From Candidatus Buchananbacteria bacterium (GTDB lineage Bacteria > Patescibacteriota > Patescibacteriia > Buchananbacterales > UBA6539), in assembly GCA_016930315.1 (NCBI GenBank), contig JAFGGX010000024.1, positions 1 to 55,184 on the forward strand: a DNA stretch of 55,184 nucleotides, written 5' to 3'. A model generated the notes under the pieces. It saw nothing but the letters and a program-made list of their open reading frames with translations. It searched no databases and was not told the origin of the DNA. Below are positions 39,098 through 49,210 of this stretch, one piece after another (position 1 is the first letter of the stretch; every line of letters begins with the position of its first letter). The translations under genes and the position numbers were made by a program.

Positions 39098-39601
39098 ATG
39101 GATCAAATTATTTCTACTTTTCATATCGACTGGCATCTAATGCTGGCCCAACTTTTTAACTTTGTACTCGTAGCGCTCGTGCTTTGGTTTTTCGTTTTTA
39201 AACCGCTAAACAAAATCATGGCCGAACGCGGGCAAAAAATCGAAAAAAGCTTGCAAGAGGCCGAGGAAATTTCTGCCAAACTCAAATCAACCGAACAGCA
39301 AAATGCTGAAATTATTGCCAATGGCCATAAAGAAGCCCAAAGAATCATCCAAGAATCAAAACTAACCGCCGAAAACCAACAGAAAAAAACTGTCGAAGAA
39401 ACTCAAATCAAAGTCAGACAAATTGTTGAAGAATCAAAAAAACAAATTGCTCAACACAAAGATCAAATGATTAAAGAAGTGGAAGGCCGGGTGGTTGATT
39501 TGGTGGTTTTAGCCAGCCAACAAGTTTTGAAAAAAGTCACTGACAAAAAAATTGATAAAAGTTTAGCCGACACGGCCGTAAAAGCAATCAGCAAAAAATA
39601 A
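39098..39601 (+). CDS. atpF: ATP synthase Fo subunit b
   Basis: AQLFNF TM, KPL....ER..KI coiled coil; operon position. Confidence 0.94.
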   Translation: MDQIISTFHIDWHLMLAQLFNFVLVALVLWFFVFKPLNKIMAERGQKIEKSLQEAEEISAKLKSTEQQNAEIIANGHKEAQRIIQESKLTAENQQKKTVEETQIKVRQIVEESKKQIAQHKDQMIKEVEGRVVDLVVLASQQVLKKVTDKKIDKSLADTAVKAISKK

Positions 39602-39607
39602 TTTGTT

Positions 39608-40006
39608 ATGAAAACCAACACTAAACATTATGCCATTGCCCTCTACCAGGCTTTAAAAGAGACCAAAGCCAGTGAGAATCAAACGATTTTAGAAAATTTT
39701 GTTAATCTATTGGCCGAAAAACATATTTTAAGTCAGGCTAGACAAATTATTAAAGATTTCAAAAAATATTATAACCAGCAAGAAGGCTTAATTGAAGTGA
39801 CTGTCAGTAGCGCCGAAAAAATATCAACTGCCGAAGAAAAACAAATCGCCGAAGAAATTAAAAAAACTACCCACCTGAAAGCCGAAATCACTAACGAGGT
39901 TGACCCGGAATTAATTGGCGGTTTAAAACTTGAATTTGCCGACCTGGTGGTAGATGGCAGTTTAAAAAATAGTCTTAACAATTTAAAAACTACTCTTAAA
40001 AGTTAA
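39608..40006 (+). CDS. atpH: ATP synthase F1 delta subunit (short form)
   Basis: VTVSSA, VDPELIGG, VDGSL. Confidence 0.92.
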   Translation: MKTNTKHYAIALYQALKETKASENQTILENFVNLLAEKHILSQARQIIKDFKKYYNQQEGLIEVTVSSAEKISTAEEKQIAEEIKKTTHLKAEITNEVDPELIGGLKLEFADLVVDGSLKNSLNNLKTTLKS

Positions 40007-40017
40007 AATAAAAGTTT

Positions 40018-41547
40018 ATGGATAAAAATCAAATTGTCGAAAATTTAACCGCCCAGATTAAAAAATTTGAAAACAAAGTCAGCGTTCAAAAAGTTGGCAG
40101 CGTTTTTGAAGTCGGCGACGGGATTGCCAAAATTTCCGGCTTGTCCGACGTCATGGCCGGCGAAATTCTGGATTTTGGCGATGGCGTGATGGGCGTAGCC
40201 TTAAACCTAGAAGAAGATTTTATCGGCGCGATGGTTTTAGGTGAAACTCAGAAAATCACCGAAGGTGCAACTGTTAAAAGTACCGGCCGCATTTTGGAAG
40301 TACCGGTTGGCCAAGCCGTAGTTGGTCGGGTGGTCAATCCTTTGGGCGTAGCCATTGACGGCAAGGGCGATATCAAGGCTGATAAATTTTATCCGGTTGA
40401 AAAAATTGCTCCACGCGTGATCACCAGAAAAGGCGTAAACACTCCTTTGCAAACCGGCATTAAAGCAATTGACTCGATGATTCCAATCGGCCGCGGTCAA
40501 CGGGAATTAATTATCGGCGACCGCCAAACCGGTAAAACCGCTTTAGCTATTGATACTATTATCAACCAAAAAGGCCAAGGCGTCACTTGTATTTATGTGG
40601 CCATTGGTCAAAAAGAATCAAAGATTGCTCAAATCGTTGCTGAATTAACTCAACGCGGTGCGATGGATTACACCACGATTGTCCTCGCTGGTGCTTCTGA
40701 CCCAGCGCCACTACTTTATATTGCTCCATTTGCCGGTTGTGCCATGGGTGAATATTTCATGGATCAAGGCCAAGATGTTTTAGTAGTCTACGACGATTTA
40801 TCTAAACACGCGGTTGCTTATCGTGAAGTTTCGTTACTACTCCGCCGCCCACCAGGCCGCGAAGCTTACCCGGGCGATATTTTCTATCTGCACTCAAGAT
40901 TACTCGAACGTTCCGCTCGTTTAAACGAAGACTACGGCGGCGGCTCATTAACCGCTTTGCCAATTATTGAAACTCAGGCGGGCGATATTTCCGCTTATAT
41001 TCCAACCAATGTGATTTCGATTACCGACGGTCAAATCTTTTTGGAAAGCGACTTGTTCTACCAAGGTGTTCGGCCAGCGATGAACACTGGCTTATCGGTT
41101 TCCCGGGTCGGTTCAGCCGCTCAAATCAAAGCGATGAAAAAAGTCGCCGGTAAATTAAAATTAGATATGGCTCAATATCGTGAATTAGCCGCTTTTGCTC
41201 AATTCGGTTCAGATTTGGATGAATCCACCAGAAAACAAATTCATCGGGGAATGCGCTTAACCGAGATCCTCAAACAAGGCCAATACGCTCCGCTGCCAGT
41301 TGAACAAGAAGTAGTGATTCTTTATACCGCCATTAACGGCTACTTGGATGACGTGCCGGTTGAAAAAATCAAAGACTTCGAAACCGGATTACTCGAATAC
41401 TTCACCGGCCAAGCCCAAGAAGTCTTAAAACTAATTGCCACCCAGAAAGAAATCACCGAAGAAATTGAAAACAAAATTAAACAAGCACTGGACAGCTATA
41501 AACAAACTTTAGATTATTTAATTAAAGCCGAAGAACCAGCCAAATAG
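40018..41547 (+). CDS. atpA: ATP synthase F1 alpha subunit
   Basis: [29 protein letters not shown]. Confidence 0.98.
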   Translation: MDKNQIVENLTAQIKKFENKVSVQKVGSVFEVGDGIAKISGLSDVMAGEILDFGDGVMGVALNLEEDFIGAMVLGETQKITEGATVKSTGRILEVPVGQAVVGRVVNPLGVAIDGKGDIKADKFYPVEKIAPRVITRKGVNTPLQTGIKAIDSMIPIGRGQRELIIGDRQTGKTALAIDTIINQKGQGVTCIYVAIGQKESKIAQIVAELTQRGAMDYTTIVLAGASDPAPLLYIAPFAGCAMGEYFMDQGQDVLVVYDDLSKHAVAYREVSLLLRRPPGREAYPGDIFYLHSRLLERSARLNEDYGGGSLTALPIIETQAGDISAYIPTNVISITDGQIFLESDLFYQGVRPAMNTGLSVSRVGSAAQIKAMKKVAGKLKLDMAQYRELAAFAQFGSDLDESTRKQIHRGMRLTEILKQGQYAPLPVEQEVVILYTAINGYLDDVPVEKIKDFETGLLEYFTGQAQEVLKLIATQKEITEEIENKIKQALDSYKQTLDYLIKAEEPAK

Positions 41548-41553
41548 AAATCT

Positions 41554-42465
41554 ATGGCCTTGTCGACTAAAATCATCAAAAAAAGAATCCGTTCAATTGG
41601 TAACACCAAAAAAATTACCAAAGCAATGGAAATGGTTTCGGCCGCTAAAATGCGCAAAGCAGTTAACGCTGTTTTGTCGTCTCGGCATTATTCCAAAACC
41701 GCTTGGCAAACCGTGATGAACTTAGTCCAAAAAATTGATGCCACTCACCATCCCCTACTCCAACCAAAAGAAAAAATTGAAACCGCGGCCATTATTTTAA
41801 TTTCTGGCAACAAAGGGTTATGCGGCGGCTTTAATTCCCATGCTGTAGCCAAAGCGCTTGAATACAGCCGGGAATTAAAAGAAAAAGGAGTTGAAAAACA
41901 AAATTGGATTGTAATGGGTAAAAAAGGCGGCGAGAGTTTAACTAGAAGCAAAAAAAATATTGAACTAGATTTTGTCAAACCCGATTTAATTGAAGGTGTA
42001 GCCGATGTTTTGGATTTAAGTAAGATGATGATTCAAGGTTATTTAACTGGCCAATACGACCAGGTTTCGATCGTTTATACCGACTTTACTTCTCCGCTCA
42101 AACAAGAGCCGATGGTCAAACAATTACTCCCGTTAACTCAAAGCCCGGATGAAAGCCTGGGTCAAACTGCCGGCACCAAGGAAGAAAAACCATCAGCCGA
42201 TACTAACGAGTATATTTTTGAACCGGACATCAAAAAAGTTTTAAATCATTTTTTACCGCGTTTAATTGAAGTCCAGCTTTATCAAGCTTTGTTGGAATCA
42301 AACGCTTCCGAACATTCCGCCCGGATGATGGCGATGAAAAACGCCAGTGAATCAGCTAACGACATGATTGCCGAATTAACTTTAATTTATAATCAAGCGC
42401 GTCAAGCCAGCATTACCAGAGAAATCGCTGAGATTTCCGGCGGTAAGGCAGCGATTGAAGCTTAA
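41554..42465 (+). CDS. atpG: ATP synthase F1 gamma subunit
   Basis: KITKAMEMVSAAK, GLCGGFN, ARQASITREI. Confidence 0.98.
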   Translation: MALSTKIIKKRIRSIGNTKKITKAMEMVSAAKMRKAVNAVLSSRHYSKTAWQTVMNLVQKIDATHHPLLQPKEKIETAAIILISGNKGLCGGFNSHAVAKALEYSRELKEKGVEKQNWIVMGKKGGESLTRSKKNIELDFVKPDLIEGVADVLDLSKMMIQGYLTGQYDQVSIVYTDFTSPLKQEPMVKQLLPLTQSPDESLGQTAGTKEEKPSADTNEYIFEPDIKKVLNHFLPRLIEVQLYQALLESNASEHSARMMAMKNASESANDMIAELTLIYNQARQASITREIAEISGGKAAIEA

Positions 42466-42486
42466 ATTTATCAAAAATAATTTTAA

Positions 42487-43875
<1,389 letters not shown>

Positions 43876-43877
43876 AA

Positions 43878-44300
43878 ATGAGCACTAACACTCTCCATTT
43901 CAAAATTGTCACGCCGGAAAAAATCGTCTACGAAAGCGACGCCAAGCAAGTGACCGTACCAACCGAATCCGGTGAAATTACGGTTTTGCCAAACCACATC
44001 GCTTTAGTTTCGGTTTTAATGCCAGGTGAATTAGTAGTGGTTGATAGCCAACCAGTCTATATGGCTGTTTCCGGTGGCTTTATTGAAGTGGCTAATAATC
44101 AAATCACTATCCTAGCTGACACAGCCGAACGCGCCGAAGAAATTGATGAAAAAAAAGCGCAAGAAGCACACCGAAGAGCTCAACAACTACTCACTGAAGC
44201 TCGCAATAAGACAGATGTTGACTTTTCTGCTCTAAGTGCTAAACTCGAGAAAGAGTTAGCGCGACTTAAGGTCGCTAGGAGGAAGAAATATCGGCAATAA
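43878..44300 (+). CDS. atpC: ATP synthase F1 epsilon subunit
   Basis: IVTPE, GEITVLPNH, VSGGFIEV. Confidence 0.96.
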   Translation: MSTNTLHFKIVTPEKIVYESDAKQVTVPTESGEITVLPNHIALVSVLMPGELVVVDSQPVYMAVSGGFIEVANNQITILADTAERAEEIDEKKAQEAHRRAQQLLTEARNKTDVDFSALSAKLEKELARLKVARRKKYRQ

Positions 44301-44331
44301 GCCGATTCTAATCATCAAAAAGGATTAACCT

Positions 44332-44802
44332 ATGCATCTTGCAACAGTAATCTGGACTCTCGTCATCTGTATGGATAACCGTCTTCAGGGACGTAATGCG
44401 GAAAAGATCGCGGACTTTTTTGGGATCAAACCAGGCCAGTTTGAAGGCCTCACCTATGCTGACCCATCGTTGTGGATTACCAACCCTCACCGCTGGTGGC
44501 ACCGGCTAACCTTCTGGTGGTTGCTTTGGAGAGTTTCCGTTAAGGCTCATCACGTCAAAGGGGTGGTACTGACCGGCCATTCAGGCTGTGGCGGCTGTAA
44601 AATCAAGCGAGGCAACCTTGATCCAGCCACCGAAAAACGACTAATCATCGCCGACCTGAGAAGATCCGCCACCAAGATCAAAAGACATTATCCTCACCTG
44701 GAAGTCAGAATCGGATTTGTTACCATTCACGATGACAAACCCACTCTAGGCGCTGAAGAGCTACCCGAAATCACCATTGAGGAAATCCCTTTAGCCGCCT
44801 AA
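44332..44802 (+). CDS. Beta-class carbonic-anhydrase-like protein
   Basis: C-M-D-N-R and H-S-G-C-G-G zinc-ligand motifs; terminator GCCGTCCCC/GGGGACGGC at about 44836-44872. Confidence 0.7.
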   Translation: MHLATVIWTLVICMDNRLQGRNAEKIADFFGIKPGQFEGLTYADPSLWITNPHRWWHRLTFWWLLWRVSVKAHHVKGVVLTGHSGCGGCKIKRGNLDPATEKRLIIADLRRSATKIKRHYPHLEVRIGFVTIHDDKPTLGAEELPEITIEEIPLAA

Positions 44803-44903
44803 CCAAAAAGGCGGCCACAACTGACCGACTCCAATGCCGTCCCCCAGGCTCCTGCGGGGACGGCTTTCTTTTTGGTACGATTTTTAATCAAAACTTCTAA
44901 TAA

Positions 44904-44990
44904 CAACACTCGCAAGCTGGTTTGCCCGAACCACAATCGCAGGGTTCGTAAGCACCGCAACACTCGCCGTAGGGCTTACCCGAACCGCAT
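44904..44990. repeat. Degenerate 54-bp-period direct repeat with an internal hairpin
   Basis: CAACACTCGC...CCCGAACC at 44904 and 44958; GGTTCGTAAGC complementary arm between them. Confidence 0.55.
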
Positions 44991-45019
44991 GGGCAATCCT
45001 CATCTAAATGTGGCATAGT

Positions 45020-45823
45020 CTATTTTAGACCAAATAATTTAATTGCGTTTTGGCTAGTTGCCTCCACAACTTCATTATAAGAAATTTGTCTAATTTCAGC
45101 AATATGCTCAGCCACATATCTAACATATTGCGGTTGATTACTTTTACCCCGAAAAGGTTCGGGTGCCAAATACGGCGAATCTGTTTCAATTAACAATTTA
45201 TCTAAAGGAATCTGTTTGGCGACTTCTTTTAGCTCTTTAGCATTTTTAAAAGTGACAACACCAGTAAAGCCAACATAAAAACCTAACTCTAAAAACTTCT
45301 TTGCTTCCTCTAAACTACCGCCAAAACAATGAATCACCCCTCTTATCTCTTTATCTCTATATTGCTTTATTACTTGCAATATTTCCTGATACGCATTCTT
45401 ACTCCCATCTTTACTATTACGCGCGTGAACAATCAAGGCCAAATCATTTTTTCTGGCCAAATCAATATGTTGGAGAAAAACTTCTTTTTGCTTTTCAAAA
45501 TTTGAATCAAGATGATAAAAATCTATTCCTGTCTCCCCCAGCGCAACGACTCTCTTTGAACTGTCAATTAATCGCTGATAATCATCAACATTAAACTCTT
45601 CTGGATGAAATTGTCCACCCAAAACATGGAGTGGATGCAAGCCAACAGCTGCAAAAATTCCTTGGGGAAAACTTTCAGCAATCTCAACTGCTTTTTTGCT
45701 GGTGGCCAATTGGGCGCCAATGTTAATCACCCACACGTCATTAGCTAAACAGTCCTGAGCCACTTGCCGCCAGGACTGATCGAAACCTTCAAAATTAAGA
45801 TGGGCGTGTGAATCAATTAGCAT
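45020..45823 (-). CDS. tatD: TatD-family metallo-hydrolase/DNase
   Basis: IDSHAH, GLHP, LGETGIDF, HCF, IETDSPYLAP. Confidence 0.95.
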   Translation of the reverse strand: MLIDSHAHLNFEGFDQSWRQVAQDCLANDVWVINIGAQLATSKKAVEIAESFPQGIFAAVGLHPLHVLGGQFHPEEFNVDDYQRLIDSSKRVVALGETGIDFYHLDSNFEKQKEVFLQHIDLARKNDLALIVHARNSKDGSKNAYQEILQVIKQYRDKEIRGVIHCFGGSLEEAKKFLELGFYVGFTGVVTFKNAKELKEVAKQIPLDKLLIETDSPYLAPEPFRGKSNQPQYVRYVAEHIAEIRQISYNEVVEATSQNAIKLFGLK

Positions 45824-45829
45824 AGAAAG

Positions 45830-45907
45830 TGTCATTGCGAGGAGTGAAACGACGAAGCAATCTCTTTTTAGATTGCTTCGCCCCGCTTAGGCGGGTCTCG
45901 CAATGAC
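45830..45907. repeat. GTCATTGCGAG-type palindromic element
   Basis: GTCATTGCGAG...CGAAGCAATCT...AGATTGCTTCG...CTCGCAATGAC. Confidence 0.85.
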
Positions 45908-46425
45908 TATAAAAAAGACTGAGCGTGCCGCAATAACGCCGGTAACAACGGCGCTAAAACCGCTCCCATTTGCATCAACCAAAATGCTACCTTTGAACCA
46001 ATGATTACTCCGCTAAACCAATCCGAAAAAGGAATCTGCAAAATAAAATATAAACTTAAACCTAAAACTAACGTTCCTTCAACAAATCCAAATAGCGCAC
46101 CCAAAACGCGGTTAATCGTTTTAGTAAAAGGAATAATTGAAATTAAATTAAAAATTTTACCAATAATCCAAAAAGCTAGGCCAGTTAAGCGATTAACTAA
46201 AACAAAAATTAAAATAAAAGCTACCACCTTGGCTGTGTTGGCATGACCAAACATCAATGGCGTTAACCAGTCAGCAAAAGGCAAATAATATAACCCCGCC
46301 AACCAAGTGCCTAAAACTGCGCCAATCAACGCCCCTAAAGCTTGGATCAAGCCCAAGGCAAAGCCAAAAGCAATAAACAAAAACAAAAGCAGAATTAAAA
46401 CCAGGTCGAAAATCGTTAAATACAT
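45907..46425 (-). CDS. cvpA: CvpA (colicin V production) family membrane protein
   Basis: FDLVL..GF..GLI, NRVLGALFGFVEG; AAGGAGG SD. Confidence 0.88.
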   Translation of the reverse strand: MYLTIFDLVLILLLFLFIAFGFALGLIQALGALIGAVLGTWLAGLYYLPFADWLTPLMFGHANTAKVVAFILIFVLVNRLTGLAFWIIGKIFNLISIIPFTKTINRVLGALFGFVEGTLVLGLSLYFILQIPFSDWFSGVIIGSKVAFWLMQMGAVLAPLLPALLRHAQSFL

Positions 46426-46440
46426 AAAATGCCTCCTTTA

Positions 46441-47889
46441 TTATTTGAGCCTTGGGAATAGGGCTTCTACTTTTTTAATTTTTTTAGCTTCAAAAATTTT
46501 CTGAATCTTTTCGGCTGTTTCCGGCAAATAAGGTATCAGCATTTCACCAACCAACAAGATATCAGCGACGGCGTTAGTCAAAACTTCGCTGAGCCGATCG
46601 GCTTGGCCATTTTTAGCCAGCTCCCACGGCTTATTTTCTGAAATATCACCATCAACTTTACTAATCAGCGACCAAATAAATTTTAACTGCTCATCAAACC
46701 TAAATTCATCAATCTGATTAAATTCTTTTTTAATATTAACCTGAGTGTCTTTCTTAGCTTGACTAACTTTTTTCCAGTCGATTTTTAAGTCATTTTGTTC
46801 AATTAAACCGCTGACCCGACTGACTAAATTACCCAAACCGTTGGCCAAGTCGGCGTTATAGGCTTCAACAAATTTCTGATCGCTAAAATCACCATCTCGG
46901 AAAGGATTAATGTGCCGCAATAAATAATAACGAGTCGCTTCGGCCCCATATTTTTCAATCACTAAAAACGGATCAACCACATTACCTAATGATTTAGACA
47001 TCTTTGTTCCATCAACGTTGATATATTCGTGGACAAAAAGCGTTTTTGGCAACGACAAATTGGCTGACATCAACATTGCCGGCCAATAAATTGCATGAAA
47101 ACGAATAATACCTTTACCAATGGCGTGAACATCCGCTGGCCAATACTTTTTAAATCTTCTGCCTTCAGAATCATAATCCAAACCAGTAATATAGTTACTC
47201 AAAGCATCATACCAAACATACATCACTTGTGATTCATCGCCAGGCACTGGCACACCCCAATTTCTGGCTCGAGCTTGTGAGCGAGAAATTGAAAAATCTT
47301 CCAAACCGCTACGGATAAAACTCAACACCTCGTTTTTGCGAGTTTCCGGTACAATTTTATACTCATCGCTGCTGATTAACTTTTCTAATCTGTCTTGATA
47401 ATTTGAAAGCTTAAAAAAATAATTTTCTTCTTCAACCACTTCCGGTTCTTTTAAATGTTCCGGACATTTACCATCAACCAATTCTTTTTCGGTATAAAAC
47501 TGCTCACAACCAACGCAATAAAGGCCTTTGTAGCTTTTTTTATAAATATCATCTTGATTGCTGGCTGACCAAAGTTTTTGCGAACCGACAAAATGTTTTT
47601 TAGAAGTGGTGCGGATAAAGTCTTCATTAGAAATATTTAAGGCTTTGGTTAAATCGACAAACCGCTGACTGTTTTGATCGACAAATTTTCTGGTTTCAAT
47701 CCCGGCTTTTTCAGCCGCTTGAACATTTTTTAAACTATTCTCATCAACGCCGGTTAAGAAAAAAACATCATCGCCCAACTGACGATGAATCCTGGCTAAG
47801 GCATCGGCCTGAACCAATTCTAAAGCAAAGCCAATGTGTGGATTAGCATTAACATAAGGAATAGCGGTTGTAATATAAAATTTTTTCAT
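46441..47889 (-). CDS. metG: Methionyl-tRNA synthetase (short form, no C-terminal tRNA-binding domain)
   Basis: YITTAIPY..PHIG, YVWYDAL, KMSKS, LANGLGNL; start could be 47895. Confidence 0.97.
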   Translation of the reverse strand: MKKFYITTAIPYVNANPHIGFALELVQADALARIHRQLGDDVFFLTGVDENSLKNVQAAEKAGIETRKFVDQNSQRFVDLTKALNISNEDFIRTTSKKHFVGSQKLWSASNQDDIYKKSYKGLYCVGCEQFYTEKELVDGKCPEHLKEPEVVEEENYFFKLSNYQDRLEKLISSDEYKIVPETRKNEVLSFIRSGLEDFSISRSQARARNWGVPVPGDESQVMYVWYDALSNYITGLDYDSEGRRFKKYWPADVHAIGKGIIRFHAIYWPAMLMSANLSLPKTLFVHEYINVDGTKMSKSLGNVVDPFLVIEKYGAEATRYYLLRHINPFRDGDFSDQKFVEAYNADLANGLGNLVSRVSGLIEQNDLKIDWKKVSQAKKDTQVNIKKEFNQIDEFRFDEQLKFIWSLISKVDGDISENKPWELAKNGQADRLSEVLTNAVADILLVGEMLIPYLPETAEKIQKIFEAKKIKKVEALFPRLK

Positions 47890-47953
47890 TGACATAATAT
47901 ATTTTTCGTGATAATTTGGTGATAAATCTTATTCTGAAAGGGGGCTAGCGATT

Positions 47954-48211
47954 GTGAGCAGAGCAACTGAAGACCGTTTAGTAGTAGTTGTAGGAGAACG
48001 AAGTATAACAGATTGTATTAAACGGCTAAACCGACTCAGCAAAGATGCCGGCATTCTAGGTGGCAAAAGAACAAAGGGGCCACGCCATCAGACCAGAAGT
48101 CAAAAACGCCGGAATAAAGACTACAGAGCCAGAAAACGCGTGGAACTTCGTAAACGAAAAACAAATCAGGCCAAAAACAGAAGAGATAAAGGAGGGAAAA
48201 CATCTCCTTGA
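47954..48211 (+). CDS. Divergent ribosomal protein bS21-like protein
   Basis: VVVGERSITDCIKRLNR.....GIL......RHQTRSQKRR.K..RA.KR pattern; own promoter (TTGACA at 47889) and terminator (48250-48282). Confidence 0.55.
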   Translation: MSRATEDRLVVVVGERSITDCIKRLNRLSKDAGILGGKRTKGPRHQTRSQKRRNKDYRARKRVELRKRKTNQAKNRRDKGGKTSP

Positions 48212-48249
48212 TGACGGGTAAAACAACCTACAAACGTCAGCAAGGTTTC

Positions 48250-48282
48250 GCAGGAACCGGTTACGGTTCCTGCTTTCCTTTT
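48250..48282 (+). terminator. Intrinsic terminator
   Basis: GCAGGAACCG-GTTA-CGGTTCCTGC followed by TTTCCTTTT. Confidence 0.75.
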
Positions 48283-48952
48283 ATCTGCCAGACACAACCA
48301 CAACGAATTCACCCTTGATTGGCTTAAGATTAAAATATTCAAAGACCTCATCAATTGTACCGCGCACCACTTCTTCATAAATTTTAGTTAACTCTCGACA
48401 AACAATTATTTGACGGCCGGGATCACTAATTACATCTTTCAACTGTTCTAAGGCTTTTAAAATTCGGTGTGGTGATTCATAAAACACACTAGTCATTTTA
48501 TTTTCAGCAATTTGGCCGATAATGGTCTGACGGCCTTTTTTGTGCGGCAAAAAACCATAAAAAATAAAGTTGTCAGTCGGCACCCCAGCAACAGACAAGG
48601 CGCTGACCACTGCTGACGGACCAGGGATTGGAACAACTTTAATTTCTGCTTGAGCGGCCGCGGCTACCAACTGGTTGCCTGGATCAGAAATTCCTGGCGT
48701 ACCGGCGTCAGAAACTAAAGCCACATTTTTTTCATTTTTGAGCTGATCAACAATATGCTGAATTTTAATCAAATCACTGTGCTGATGATAACTCAAAACC
48801 GGTTTATTGATCTGATAACGATCAAGCAACCTTTTGGTCACCCGTGTATCTTCGCAAACGATCAAATCAACTGACTTTAGCGTTTCTAATGCCCGCAAGG
48901 TGATGTCTTCTAAATTGCCAATCGGGGTAGCTACAACGTATAGAATTGCCAT
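48281..48952 (-). CDS. rsmI: 16S rRNA C1402 2'-O-methyltransferase
   Basis: LYVVATPIGNLEDITLRA, CEDTR, VSDAGTPGISDPG, YESPHR, RELTK. Confidence 0.97.
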   Translation of the reverse strand: MAILYVVATPIGNLEDITLRALETLKSVDLIVCEDTRVTKRLLDRYQINKPVLSYHQHSDLIKIQHIVDQLKNEKNVALVSDAGTPGISDPGNQLVAAAAQAEIKVVPIPGPSAVVSALSVAGVPTDNFIFYGFLPHKKGRQTIIGQIAENKMTSVFYESPHRILKALEQLKDVISDPGRQIIVCRELTKIYEEVVRGTIDEVFEYFNLKPIKGEFVVVVSGR

Positions 48953-49015
48953 ATGAAGCTATTTTACCATCAAAAATGCTAATTTTCAAGGTCTCAAGGA
49001 TAAATCCCATTAATC

Positions 49016-49181
49016 GGCCAGGCGTGGAAGCCTGGCCTCTCCAGCAGTGTACCAACGCGTAGGCGAGGAATTTATCCTCGCCGTAAAATATTATCGCGGA
49101 ATCCAGTAGCCGCAGAACAATGTTCTGCAGCTACTGGATAATATTTTATTTTTTTTGCGTAGCCGACCCTTTATGGGTCGG
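49016..49181. repeat. Cluster of GTAG-type REP-like palindromes
   Basis: GTAGGCGAGGAATTTATCCTCGCC; GTAGCCGCAGAAC..GTTCTGCAGCTAC; GTAGCCGACCCTTTATGGGTCGG; GGCCAGGC..GCCTGGCC. Confidence 0.7.
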
Positions 49182-49210
49182 AGACAAGTAGAGAAGGCAC
49201 TCAAAAATTA

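Noticed and set aside
44796..44880. Cassette terminators as integron attC sites (GCCTAAC at the CA stop, ACTTAAC at the pyrF stop)
   Set aside because: No matching GTTRRRY end, no integrase, and the cassettes are dispersed with their own promoters.
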